In this document: one piece after another, positions 38,675-47,792 of the stretch
Layout: the number at the start of each line of letters is the position of its first letter
Numbering within the stretch: position 1 is the first letter of the stretch
NCBI GenBank assembly: GCA_003598025.1
Contig: QZKH01000002.1
Span: 138,133 to 202,132, forward strand
Source: Candidatus Omnitrophota bacterium
GTDB lineage: Bacteria > Omnitrophota > Gorgyraeia > Gygaellales > Profunditerraquicolaceae
Direction: 5' to 3'
Length of the DNA: 64,000 bases
Program-made: the position numbers and the translations under genes
Notes under the pieces: generated by a model
The model's input: only the letters and a program-made list of their open reading frames with translations
Database searches by the model: none
Told to the model about the DNA's origin: nothing

Positions 38675-39421
38675 ATGTTAAAGTTTATAATCCTAGGGGT
38701 AATCCAGGGGGTGACAGAGTTTTTACCGGTAAGCAGTTCAGGGCATCTGGTGATATTACAGCATATATTCGGTGTTTCTGAGAAAGAGCTGGCAATAGCT
38801 TTAATCCTGCATCTTGGCACGCTGCTTTCTCTCGTTGTTTTCTTCTATAAGGAGATAATCGGGGCCTTAAGGGACAGGCAAAAGATCCTGCTGATTATAA
38901 TTGTAACTGCCGCGACAGGGATAATTGCTTTATCTGCAAAGGACTTTTTTGAAAGCCTGTTTAACGATATAAAACCGGTAGGAATAAGCCTTTTTGTAAC
39001 CGGGATTATGCTTGTGCTAACTAAATTTATTAACACAGGCATAAAAAGGGATTCGATATCCAAAAAAGATTCTTTACTGATGGGCATAGTGCAGGGGATA
39101 GCTATAATACCCGGTATTTCACGTTCGGGCTCAACAATCTCTGCTTTATTATTTAGAGGAATAGACAGGAAGGCCGCTTTCAGTTTTTCTTTTCTGGCTT
39201 CTATACCTGCTATTCTGGGAGCTTTTATATTGGAGTTTAAAGAAGTTGAATTTGGGATCAAAGGTGATGCCTTAAGTATGTGTGCCGGGCTCTTCTTCAG
39301 TTTTATTTGCGGGATAGCTTCGCTTTGGCTGCTCAAGAGGGTATTAATCAAGGATAAATTGCATTATTTCGGATATTATTGTATAATTCTTTCAATCGTC
39401 GTCTTAATGTATATAAAATGA
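38675..39421 (+). CDS. uppP: Undecaprenyl-diphosphate phosphatase
   Basis: QGVTEFLPVSSSGH, PGISRSGST. Confidence 0.95.
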   Translation: MLKFIILGVIQGVTEFLPVSSSGHLVILQHIFGVSEKELAIALILHLGTLLSLVVFFYKEIIGALRDRQKILLIIIVTAATGIIALSAKDFFESLFNDIKPVGISLFVTGIMLVLTKFINTGIKRDSISKKDSLLMGIVQGIAIIPGISRSGSTISALLFRGIDRKAAFSFSFLASIPAILGAFILEFKEVEFGIKGDALSMCAGLFFSFICGIASLWLLKRVLIKDKLHYFGYYCIILSIVVLMYIK

Positions 39422-40317
39422 GCGTATTAGTATTAGGTACAGTAGCTTTGGATACAGTAAAGACTCCTGCGGGCCTGCGTAAGCATATGCTCGGAGGCTC
39501 AGCTGTCCATTTTTCTATGTCAGCGCGCCTGTTTACCCGCGTGAATATGGTCGCGGTAGTCGGAGACGACTTCCCGGACAAGTATATGAATTTCTTGAAC
39601 AGGAAAGGAATTGTTCTGACATCTTTGATTAAGAGCTACGGCCCGACGTTTAAATGGTCCGGAGAATATAAAGGAGATTTAAACTCTGCCTTAACCTTGA
39701 GCACCGAGTTGGGCGTGCTTTCAGCTTTTAAGCCCCGCGTTTCTTCCGAACAGAGAAAGATAAAAAATGTCTTTCTGGCAAACATCGACCCTGATTTACA
39801 GAGGCATTTATTGAGCCATATGCATTCTCCGAGGCTCACAGCCTTAGATAGCATGAATTACTGGATAAACAATAAAAAGCGTTCTTTGGTCAGGTTGTTA
39901 AAAAGCGTGGATATATTTGTAGCTAATGACCAGGAAGCGAGGGATCTGTCAGGCGATTATAATCTGGTTAAGGCTGCCAAGGGATTAAGGTCTATGGGCC
40001 CTAGAATGGTCTTGATAAAAAAGGGGGAACATGGCGTGTTGTTCTATTGTGATAAATTTATATTTTCGCTTCCGGCATATCCTACGAATAAAGTCATTGA
40101 TCCGACAGGCGCTGGAGATACCTTTGCCGGAGGGTTTATGGGTTATTTAGCCAAAGCAAAAAGAATAAACGAAAAAGCCGTAAAAAATGCCATTGTCTAC
40201 GGGACCATCGCTGCTTCGTTCAGTGTGGAAGGTTTCGGCGTAGATAAGACAGCCAATATCTCCAGGGCAGACCTTGATAAGAGGGCCCGGTTATTCCGCA
40301 AATACGTTTCTTTTTAG
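39418..40317 (+). CDS. PfkB-family carbohydrate/nucleoside kinase
   Basis: LGGSA, KKGEHG, DPTGAGDTFAGG; start MSVLV. Confidence 0.88.
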   Translation: MSVLVLGTVALDTVKTPAGLRKHMLGGSAVHFSMSARLFTRVNMVAVVGDDFPDKYMNFLNRKGIVLTSLIKSYGPTFKWSGEYKGDLNSALTLSTELGVLSAFKPRVSSEQRKIKNVFLANIDPDLQRHLLSHMHSPRLTALDSMNYWINNKKRSLVRLLKSVDIFVANDQEARDLSGDYNLVKAAKGLRSMGPRMVLIKKGEHGVLFYCDKFIFSLPAYPTNKVIDPTGAGDTFAGGFMGYLAKAKRINEKAVKNAIVYGTIAASFSVEGFGVDKTANISRADLDKRARLFRKYVSF

Positions 40318-40352
40318 TAATTAACCGAGATAAAAAAATAGAGGAGAATACA

Positions 40353-40811
40353 ATGTTATTAGAAGAGAAGATACTCAACGATTATAAAGATGCTTTAAAG
40401 AAAAAGGATGCGCCCAGAAGCAGCGCTCTTAGTTATCTTCGTTCCCAGCTTAAGAATATAGCCATAGACAAGAAAAAAGATGTCCTTGATGATAATGAGG
40501 TGGTTATAGTCATAAAAAAACAGATAAAAAAGCTTGAGGATTCCATTGAGCAGTTTAAGAAAGGCATGCGCCAGGATTTAGTCGAAAAAGAAAGCGCAGA
40601 GCTTGACCTCCTAAAGTCCTATCTTCCTCAGGAACTGGCAGCAGAGGAGCTTAAAAAAATAGTCGATGAGACGGTCAGTGCGCTCGGTGCAGTTTCTTTA
40701 AAGGATATGGGTAGAGTGATGAAAGAAGTGATTGAGAAGTCCCAGGGCAGGGCCGACAATAAACTGGTAAGCGACCTTGTAAGGGCAAAGCTCAGCAATC
40801 CCGCCTCTTAA
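40353..40811 (+). CDS. GatB/YqeY domain protein
   Basis: DSIEQF..G.RQDL.EKE, YLPQ, KDMGRVM, GRAD. Confidence 0.9.
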   Translation: MLLEEKILNDYKDALKKKDAPRSSALSYLRSQLKNIAIDKKKDVLDDNEVVIVIKKQIKKLEDSIEQFKKGMRQDLVEKESAELDLLKSYLPQELAAEELKKIVDETVSALGAVSLKDMGRVMKEVIEKSQGRADNKLVSDLVRAKLSNPAS

Positions 40812-40829
40812 GGCGCCTTTAAAACCGTC

Positions 40830-40857
40830 TTGACATAAGTCATATATTAAGTACAAT
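40830..40857 (+). promoter_or_regulatory. Sigma-70 promoter of hydrogenase operon with overlapping TGAC-N4-GTCA palindrome
   Basis: TTGACA-N16-TACAAT. Confidence 0.55.
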
Positions 40858-40949
40858 AATAATATCGAAGTTCTTAGGTTGGGCAGCTCTCCCGCATTTC
40901 TGCCGATCATACCGTATAAACTTCTGAAAAATAAGGAAAATAAATTTAT

Positions 40950-41192
40950 ATGCATGAATCGCACCTTTTGAAGAATATTTTTCAGTTTCTGGAGAAAGAA
41001 GAAGACACTTCTCATAAAAAGATTAAAAAAATATACCTATCGATCTCCCAGTTTTCCGGCTTAAGCAGAGAGCATTTTATGGAGCATTATAGAATTGCCT
41101 CTTCAGGGACAAAATGGGAAGATTTGGAGATTGATATCAAAAGAGTGCCGTTTGGCCCGGAATTAGAGATTAACAGGCTGGATTTTGTTTAA
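40950..41192 (+). CDS. hypA: Short HypA-like nickel chaperone lacking zinc finger
   Basis: N-terminal MHE Ni motif, GT...LEI, GPELEI; no CxxC. Confidence 0.7.
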   Translation: MHESHLLKNIFQFLEKEEDTSHKKIKKIYLSISQFSGLSREHFMEHYRIASSGTKWEDLEIDIKRVPFGPELEINRLDFV

Positions 41193-41224
41193 ATCATAAG
41201 AATTAATCAAATCGGAGGATAAAG

Positions 41225-42262
41225 GTGAAGTACGGTTCTATAAAAAAGGATGATTTAAATACCTGGATTACCCATCTTAAAAAGAAAGCTAAGTTATATG
41301 CGCCCAAGAAGAAAGAAAACCAGTTTGTTTTTAGGCCGGTTAAAGATATCAATGATATATCCCTTAAATACATCCCCACAATTTTACCTCCTAAGAAGTA
41401 CTATTTTCCTCAGAAAGAAAAATTATTTAAATTTGGAGTAAACCCTTTCAAAACATCTAAGGCAATATCTGAGTTTGAAGAGTTTATCCTCTTTGGCGTG
41501 CATACCTGTGATATCGCAGGTATCCAGTGTATGGATGTTGTCTTCAGGGAGTCTCCGGAGGATCCGAATTATCTTAATAGAAAAGATAAGATGATTATAA
41601 TAGGCATTGAATGTTTAGAATATTGCGATAAATACGCCAATTGCACATCAATGGGAACGCATGTTCCAAGAGGCGGTTATGATTTGATGATGGTTGACCT
41701 CGGTGATAATTTTATACTCCACGTCAATTCCGAGAAGGGTGAAAAGCTTGTTTCCGGGCTAGGCTATATCAAAGAAGCAGATGAGAAAGAGATGAGCCAG
41801 CTTGAGCGGGTAAGGGAAGCTAAAAAGAAAGTTTTTAAAGAAGAGTTTATCTCTTCCCTGCAGAAGGTGCATGAAGCATTCGGGAATAATTTTGCTTCAG
41901 GTGTATGGAAAGATGTAGGCAGGCGTTGTGTTGCCTGCGGTAATTGCACCGCAGTATGCCCTACCTGTTATTGTTTTGATGTCATGGATGATATGGAGCT
42001 TTCTCTTGCCAGCGGGACCCGCTATCGCGTATGGAATTCATGCCAGATGGATGATTTCGCCAAAGTAGCCGGCGGAGAAGATTTTCGCAAGGGCAGGGAT
42101 TCAAGGCAGAGGCACAGATATTACAGAAAATTTAAATATCCGGTTGATAAATTTAACCGGTATTTTTGTGTTGGATGCGGAAGGTGCACCAGGACATGCA
42201 TGGCGGATATAAACCTGGTAGAGACTGTAAATTCAATTCTAAGCGCTAAAGATATCGAATAA
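41225..42262 (+). CDS. Group 3b (sulf)hydrogenase beta subunit, 4Fe-4S
   Basis: PPKKY.FP, CVACGNCTAVCPTCYC, CVGCGRC. Confidence 0.88.
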   Translation: MKYGSIKKDDLNTWITHLKKKAKLYAPKKKENQFVFRPVKDINDISLKYIPTILPPKKYYFPQKEKLFKFGVNPFKTSKAISEFEEFILFGVHTCDIAGIQCMDVVFRESPEDPNYLNRKDKMIIIGIECLEYCDKYANCTSMGTHVPRGGYDLMMVDLGDNFILHVNSEKGEKLVSGLGYIKEADEKEMSQLERVREAKKKVFKEEFISSLQKVHEAFGNNFASGVWKDVGRRCVACGNCTAVCPTCYCFDVMDDMELSLASGTRYRVWNSCQMDDFAKVAGGEDFRKGRDSRQRHRYYRKFKYPVDKFNRYFCVGCGRCTRTCMADINLVETVNSILSAKDIE

Positions 42263-42276
42263 AAGGAGCATATGCT

Positions 42277-43143
42277 ATGATTGATAAAGAAATTCTTCTG
42301 GAAAAGATGAAGACTTCTCCTTACAAGCCTATGAAGGGCCGGATTATCGAAGCAGAAATGCTTACGGATAAAGAGAAGTTCTTCCGTATTGAACTTGAAG
42401 GTAAGATTAACCTGGCACATGACCCGGGCCAATTTGTTATGGTTTCCATATTCGGGTATGGAGAGGCACCGATATCGGTATGCTCTTCTCCTACCGATAA
42501 AGGGTATTTTGACCTTACTGTCAGGAATGTAGGGGTTTTTACCGACAAACTGCATAAGCTTAATAAAGGTGACATGGTCGGCATAAGAGGCCCTTTTGGC
42601 AAAGGTTTCCCGGTAGATAACATGTTTGGATATGATTTAGTGGTTGTAGGCGGGGGTATAGGCATAGTGCCACTCAGGTCGTTAATAAGGTATATAATGC
42701 ATAATAGGAATGATTTTGGCAACGTGCAGATTTTGCTTGGATGCAAAACTCCCAAGGAAATGCTTTTTAAAGAAGAGGCCAAAGAGTGGATGAAGAGAGC
42801 AGAGATAAAATTTAATTGCACCGTTGATAAGGCTGATCCTGAATGGAAAGGCAACGTCGGTTTGATAACTACGCTGATACCGGGAGTAGATATAAATCCG
42901 TCTAAGACTTATGCTGTCGTAGTCGGTCCTCCGATTATGTACAAATTCGTAATCGTTAAGCTTTTAGAAAAAAATATACCTGATCATCAGATTGTAGTTT
43001 CTTTGGAGAGAAGGATGCGTTGCGGTTTGGGTAAATGCGGGCATTGTCAGATAGAGGGAGTTTATGTCTGCCAGTCCGGCCCGGTTTTTAATTATAATCA
43101 ATTAAGAGACTTTAAAGGAGAATGCCATGAAAAAGCAATCTAA
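42277..43143 (+). CDS. Group 3b (sulf)hydrogenase gamma subunit, FAD/NAD(P)-binding
   Basis: PGQF, GEAPIS, RGPFGKGF, GGIG, ERRMRCGLGKCGHC. Confidence 0.9.
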   Translation: MIDKEILLEKMKTSPYKPMKGRIIEAEMLTDKEKFFRIELEGKINLAHDPGQFVMVSIFGYGEAPISVCSSPTDKGYFDLTVRNVGVFTDKLHKLNKGDMVGIRGPFGKGFPVDNMFGYDLVVVGGGIGIVPLRSLIRYIMHNRNDFGNVQILLGCKTPKEMLFKEEAKEWMKRAEIKFNCTVDKADPEWKGNVGLITTLIPGVDINPSKTYAVVVGPPIMYKFVIVKLLEKNIPDHQIVVSLERRMRCGLGKCGHCQIEGVYVCQSGPVFNYNQLRDFKGECHEKAI

Positions 43144-43891
43144 GCCGAAAGTTGCTTTTTTTGATTTTACGGATTGTGAAGGTTGCCAGCTTCAGATAGC
43201 CAATACAGGACAAACCCTGCTGGATATCATGGAACTGGTTGATATCGTCAATTTCCGTGAAGTTATGTCTGAGGCAGGAGAGGATTATGATGTTGCTTTC
43301 GTTGAAGGCAGCATTTCTACTGACAACGACGTAAAAAGGATCAAAAAAATCAGAGAAAAAGCAAAAATCGTGGTAGCTTTTGGCGCCTGTGCTACTATCG
43401 GCGGAGTAAACGGTATCAAAAACAGATTTCCACTTGAAGTTGCCAAGGATAGGGTCTACGGAGATAAGGCTGATACTGTAAACACTATAAAAAATATGCC
43501 CTTACATGAGGTGATCAAAGTAGATTATTTTATTCACGGTTGCGTGCCGTATATACCTGAAATCGTGACTGTTTTAAAATGTATTCTTATGGGTAAACCG
43601 TATGTTTTACCCAATTATCCTGTCTGTGTGGAGTGCAAAATGAATGAAAACGTCTGCCGTTATGAAAAGGATCAGGAGTGTATGGGTCCGGTCACCAGGG
43701 CAGGGTGTAATTCATGGTGTATTAATAATGGGAACAGGTGTTATGGCTGCAGAGGGTTAGTAGACAGCCCGGCTGTTGACGCAGCAAAAGACATATTATC
43801 AAAATACGGCCTTAAGGTAGATGATATTTTGCAGAGTTTTACACTTTATAATGATTCAATGGGGGAGAAATATGACAAAGAGTTCAAATAA
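43127..43891 (+). CDS. Group 3b NiFe hydrogenase small (delta) subunit
   Basis: TDCEGC, VEGS, GACA, GC.P, PVCVECK, CMGPVTRAGC. Confidence 0.9.
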   Translation: MKKQSKPKVAFFDFTDCEGCQLQIANTGQTLLDIMELVDIVNFREVMSEAGEDYDVAFVEGSISTDNDVKRIKKIREKAKIVVAFGACATIGGVNGIKNRFPLEVAKDRVYGDKADTVNTIKNMPLHEVIKVDYFIHGCVPYIPEIVTVLKCILMGKPYVLPNYPVCVECKMNENVCRYEKDQECMGPVTRAGCNSWCINNGNRCYGCRGLVDSPAVDAAKDILSKYGLKVDDILQSFTLYNDSMGEKYDKEFK

Positions 43892-45224
43892 AATAGATTC
43901 CAAGAATGTAAAAGTAGATGTGCATTACCTGACAAGGGTAGAAGGGCATGGCAATATCGTAGTTGATGTAAAAGACGGTAAACTTACCAAATGCGAATTC
44001 CAGGTTATTGAATCCCCCAGGTTTTTTGAGTCCATGCTGGTCAAGAGGTCTATTTGGGAAGCACAGCATCTTACCAGCCGTATCTGCGGTATCTGCGCCT
44101 GCGGGCATAGCCTTGCAAGCGTAAAGGCAGGAGAGGACGCATTGGGCATTAAACCTTCGGAAGAAACAATCATGTTGCGCAAATTATTGCTCTATGCAGA
44201 GCAGATGGACAGCCATATCCTGCATATTTATATACTCGTCGCTCCTGACCTGCTTGGGGTTAAAAGTATAGTGCCGCTGGTTAAGACCCATCGGCCGGTT
44301 ATAGAAATGGCTTTACGTATGAAAAGGATGAGTGATTATGCCGGAGAAGTCTTAGCAGGCAGGCATATCCATCCGATAAGTTACGTTATAGGAGGCCTTA
44401 CACAACTGCCTTCCCAGGAAGGTCTTGAAAAACTATACAAAATGATGCTTGATGCGCGTAAGGATACCGAGCAGACTATAAAAATAATCAAAACCCTTAA
44501 GTTCCCTGAATTTCAGAGGCCCACGCAGTATATGTCTCTTTCTTCTAATGAAGAATATGCGATGTATGACGGTGACCTGGTAGTAAACAAAGGCTCTAAA
44601 ACAAAAGTCAGGGATTACCGGAAGTTATTCAGCGAGCAGGTGAAAGATTATTCCCGGGCCAAGGTTTCTACGATAAACGGAAAGTCTTATGCCGTAGGTG
44701 CGCTCTCCAGGTTCAATAATAATTCTGATAAGCTAAATAAAAAAGCCAAAGAAGCCGCCAGGGAGCTTGGGTTAAAAGCGCCTTGCCATAATCCTTACCT
44801 TAATACTGCAGCGCAGTTAGTAGAATGGGTGCACTGCCTGGAAGAATCCATAATAATAATGGAGAAGATATTAAAGGACGGCATAAACGAAAATAAAGTG
44901 GTTGTCCCTTCATGGCCGAAGAGGAGCGAGCTTGATAAGATAAAATACAAGCCTAATACCGGGGCTGCCTGTGTGGAAGTGCCGCGAGGGTCTTTATTCC
45001 ATGAATATACCATTGATGATACCGGACATATTACCGCGGCTAATTGCGTTATTCCGACAAATCAGAATATGGGTAATTTAGAAGATGATATGGCTAAATT
45101 AGTCCCTGAGCTTCTGGGTAAAAAAACGCAGGAAGAGATCACATTAGACCTTGAGATGCTTGCCAGGGCATATGACCCGTGTATATCCTGCGCAACACAT
45201 CTTTTAGATGTCAAATTTGTCTAA
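43872..45224 (+). CDS. Group 3b NiFe hydrogenase large (alpha) subunit
   Basis: TRVEGHG, RICGIC (L1), EVPRG, DPCISCATH (L2) plus short cleavable tail; start MTKSS. Confidence 0.93.
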   Translation: MTKSSNKIDSKNVKVDVHYLTRVEGHGNIVVDVKDGKLTKCEFQVIESPRFFESMLVKRSIWEAQHLTSRICGICACGHSLASVKAGEDALGIKPSEETIMLRKLLLYAEQMDSHILHIYILVAPDLLGVKSIVPLVKTHRPVIEMALRMKRMSDYAGEVLAGRHIHPISYVIGGLTQLPSQEGLEKLYKMMLDARKDTEQTIKIIKTLKFPEFQRPTQYMSLSSNEEYAMYDGDLVVNKGSKTKVRDYRKLFSEQVKDYSRAKVSTINGKSYAVGALSRFNNNSDKLNKKAKEAARELGLKAPCHNPYLNTAAQLVEWVHCLEESIIIMEKILKDGINENKVVVPSWPKRSELDKIKYKPNTGAACVEVPRGSLFHEYTIDDTGHITAANCVIPTNQNMGNLEDDMAKLVPELLGKKTQEEITLDLEMLARAYDPCISCATHLLDVKFV

Positions 45225-45690
45225 AGTTTTTTCTGTAATAGGATTGGGTAATACTTTAAGGAGAGATGACGGAATCGGAATCGTGGTTCTAGAATCTCTC
45301 CTTCAGTTTTATAGAGAAGAGAATGTTGACTATCTTAATTTTGGTACGGCGAGCTTCAACCTGGTTAACAAGATAAAAGATTATAAGGCTGTTTTGCTTA
45401 TAGATGGCATTGATGCCGGCCTGCTGCCCGGAGAGTTGAAAATATTTGACCTGCAGGATATATGCTATAATACAGAAGATTGCAATTCATCTACGCACGA
45501 GCTTAATTTGACCAGTTTGTTTGAGCTCAGCAGGAAGCTGGGGTTAAAGACAAAGATCTATGTCGCAGGAATACAGGTGCAAGATACCGGCTGGGGAGAA
45601 GGCTTAAGCCCCGCGGTCAATAATAACAGGCAGGATATTATTGAAAATATAAGTTTTTTCATAAAAGAAAATTTTGTGAACCATAGTTAA
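45208..45690 (+). CDS. Hydrogenase maturation protease
   Basis: GLGNTLRRDDGIG, IDGID, STHE. Confidence 0.9.
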   Translation: MSNLSKVFSVIGLGNTLRRDDGIGIVVLESLLQFYREENVDYLNFGTASFNLVNKIKDYKAVLLIDGIDAGLLPGELKIFDLQDICYNTEDCNSSTHELNLTSLFELSRKLGLKTKIYVAGIQVQDTGWGEGLSPAVNNNRQDIIENISFFIKENFVNHS

Positions 45691-45714
45691 GGTTAAAGCA
45701 GCGCATAATATAAA

Positions 45715-46911
45715 ATGTTTTCATCGTTAAGGGTAAGAAATTTTCAATTATACTGGGTGGGCATGTTTATATCGCTTATAGGCAGCTGGATCCAGATAAC
45801 TGCGCAGAGCTGGCTTGTATTTGAATTGACTAAATCCGCGTTTCTGTTGGGCCTGGTGAGTTTCCTGAACCTTATACCGGTATTTTTCCTTTCTTTGTTC
45901 GGCGGCGTGTTGGCAGACAGAATAAATAAGCGCAACATCCTGATTATCACGCAGAATGCCTTTATGATATTAGCTTTTATATTAGGCTATATGACCCAGG
46001 CAGAGATAATCACGCCAAAACTTATAATGATAATTGCTCTGTTGAATGGTATTGTAATGGCTTTTGATGCCCCCAGCAGGCAGGCCATGGTGGTAGAGTT
46101 AGTCGGTAAAAGTCATCTTATGAATGCCGTGGCGCTCAATTCGCTTGCTTTTAATTCCAGCAGGATAATCGGGCCCGCACTGGCAGCAATCTTAGTGGCA
46201 GGCATAGGCATGTACGGGTGTTTCTATATTAATGGATTCAGTTTTATTGCTGTTATAGCAGCGCTTATGATGATAAAAAACGGCAAGCCGGATAAAATAA
46301 ATACGGGTAATTCATTGCTTAAGGATATAAAAGAGGCGCTATATTATATAAAAGACAACAGGATTATGCTGATTTTGGTGGCGATCGTAGGCGTGATCAG
46401 TTTATTCGGGGTATCTTATGTTATTCTTATGCCAGTTTTTGCGCGCAATGTTTTAGGCTCGGGTGTAAAAGAATTCGGTAAACTTATGTCTGCGATAGGA
46501 GCTGGGGCTATTTTATCTACGCTACTTTTAGCTAAACTCGGGGATTTTAAAAATAAAGGCAAATTCCTGCTGTTCTCTTTGGTTATGTTTTCAGTTTCAC
46601 TGATCTTGCTTTCGTTTACACGCCAGCATCTATTAGCTATAGCAGTGCTTGTTTTTCTGGGCTGGGGCGCGGTATCGGCTACAGCGATAATAAACACGCT
46701 GTTACAAGATATGGTTTCTGACAGATTAAGGGGCAGGGTAATGAGCATATTTATGTTTACTTTTGCGGGGATGATGCCATTTGGAAACTTAGTAACAGGG
46801 TATTTAGCTTCTGTCTGGGATGTCAGCAATGCGATTTTGTTCAGCGGTATCATTTGCCTGGTTTTTTCTGTTTATGCCGGTATTTTCTTCCCCAAGTTAA
46901 GAAGTTTGTGA
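45715..46911 (+). CDS. MFS transporter
   Basis: 12-TM, GGVLADRINKR motif A, LRGRVMS. Confidence 0.88.
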   Translation: MFSSLRVRNFQLYWVGMFISLIGSWIQITAQSWLVFELTKSAFLLGLVSFLNLIPVFFLSLFGGVLADRINKRNILIITQNAFMILAFILGYMTQAEIITPKLIMIIALLNGIVMAFDAPSRQAMVVELVGKSHLMNAVALNSLAFNSSRIIGPALAAILVAGIGMYGCFYINGFSFIAVIAALMMIKNGKPDKINTGNSLLKDIKEALYYIKDNRIMLILVAIVGVISLFGVSYVILMPVFARNVLGSGVKEFGKLMSAIGAGAILSTLLLAKLGDFKNKGKFLLFSLVMFSVSLILLSFTRQHLLAIAVLVFLGWGAVSATAIINTLLQDMVSDRLRGRVMSIFMFTFAGMMPFGNLVTGYLASVWDVSNAILFSGIICLVFSVYAGIFFPKLRSL

Positions 46912-46971
46912 ATTATTAATTTGTAATTACGGCAAGAATATAGTAACATTATTTGAAAAAGGAGGAGGTAG

Positions 46972-47433
46972 ATGAGGAATATTTTTATCTTGGTTATGGT
47001 TTTGTTTCTTATTTTGCCTTTGGCCGGCTGCGGCAAGAAGAATCCGGCTGATGAGGCGCAGGAAGCGATCAGTATTGAAGAGCTCGGAGATATAGCTATG
47101 CAGGAAAATGCAACAAAGGTCAATCCTACAGTTGCAACTGCCGAGCCGGTTAAGGAGGCAGTTCCCCTAACCAGTACCACAGCCGTTAACCCCGGAATTA
47201 CTAAATTAGAGCCATTGCCGCCACCTGGCCCATATAGGCCGTCGATTCAGCAGATACAGACAGCCTTACAGGCAGCGGGTTTCTATAAGGGTGCTATAGA
47301 TGGTAAATCCGGCCCGATGACTAAAAAAGCTATCAAGGATTTCCAGGCTGCGAATAACCTGCAGGTAGACGGAAAAGTCGGCCCAAAAACCTGGGCAGTT
47401 TTAGCCAACTATTTGAAAAGCCCTCAGAGCTGA
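46972..47433 (+). CDS. Lipoprotein with peptidoglycan-binding (PG_binding_1) domain
   Basis: LAGC lipobox; IQTALQAAGFY.G.IDG..GP.T..AI..FQ..NNL.VDG.VGPKTW. Confidence 0.85.
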   Translation: MRNIFILVMVLFLILPLAGCGKKNPADEAQEAISIEELGDIAMQENATKVNPTVATAEPVKEAVPLTSTTAVNPGITKLEPLPPPGPYRPSIQQIQTALQAAGFYKGAIDGKSGPMTKKAIKDFQAANNLQVDGKVGPKTWAVLANYLKSPQS

Positions 47434-47462
47434 TTATTGCTGTTACGGCTTTGATTTTAGCC

Positions 47463-47491
47463 TTGAATTGGGCTTTTCCAGGCTGTATACT
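47463..47491 (+). promoter_or_regulatory. Sigma-70 promoter for c-di-GMP riboswitch transcript
   Basis: TTGAAT-N17-TATACT. Confidence 0.65.
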
Positions 47492-47505
47492 TTATATAGA
47501 GGTAA

Positions 47506-47684
47506 GCCGATAAAGGCAAACTTCCGCTTTGTAAAAGCGGGCGCAGAGTTAGCGCTTGCGCATCGAAAGATAAGGACCTCGCACTTTGTGCGAGCTCGCC
47601 AGACTTAAGGTTATAGTTGGCGAGGCAAAGCCACAGACCTAAACCCGCTTTGGAGGAAATGGGTAGGGTAGCTGGGTTGCCGAA
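47506..47684 (+). ncRNA. c-di-GMP-I (GEMM) riboswitch interrupted by two twin-hairpin insertions (47524-47561, 47578-47624)
   Basis: AAAGGCAAACTT[ins]ATCGAAAGATAAGGAC[ins]GCAAAGCCACAGACCTAAACC...GGTAGCTGGGTTGCCGA; G at the G20-equivalent position favours c-di-GMP. Confidence 0.85.
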
Positions 47685-47730
47685 GGACGGTAGAGCCAGA
47701 GAGTACCTCTGGCCTTTATCGGCGGTTTTT

Positions 47731-47755
47731 ATCCCAACATTAGTTGGGATTTTTT
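47731..47755 (+). terminator. Intrinsic terminator downstream of c-di-GMP riboswitch
   Basis: ATCCCAAC-ATTA-GTTGGGAT plus T-tract. Confidence 0.75.
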
Positions 47756-47792
47756 ATTGGGTAGTCCTGCCTATTATGTTATAATATAGCCC

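Noticed and set aside
40867-40924. NiCo riboswitch upstream of hypA
   Set aside because: Four-way junction and conserved NiCo nucleotides not recognisable
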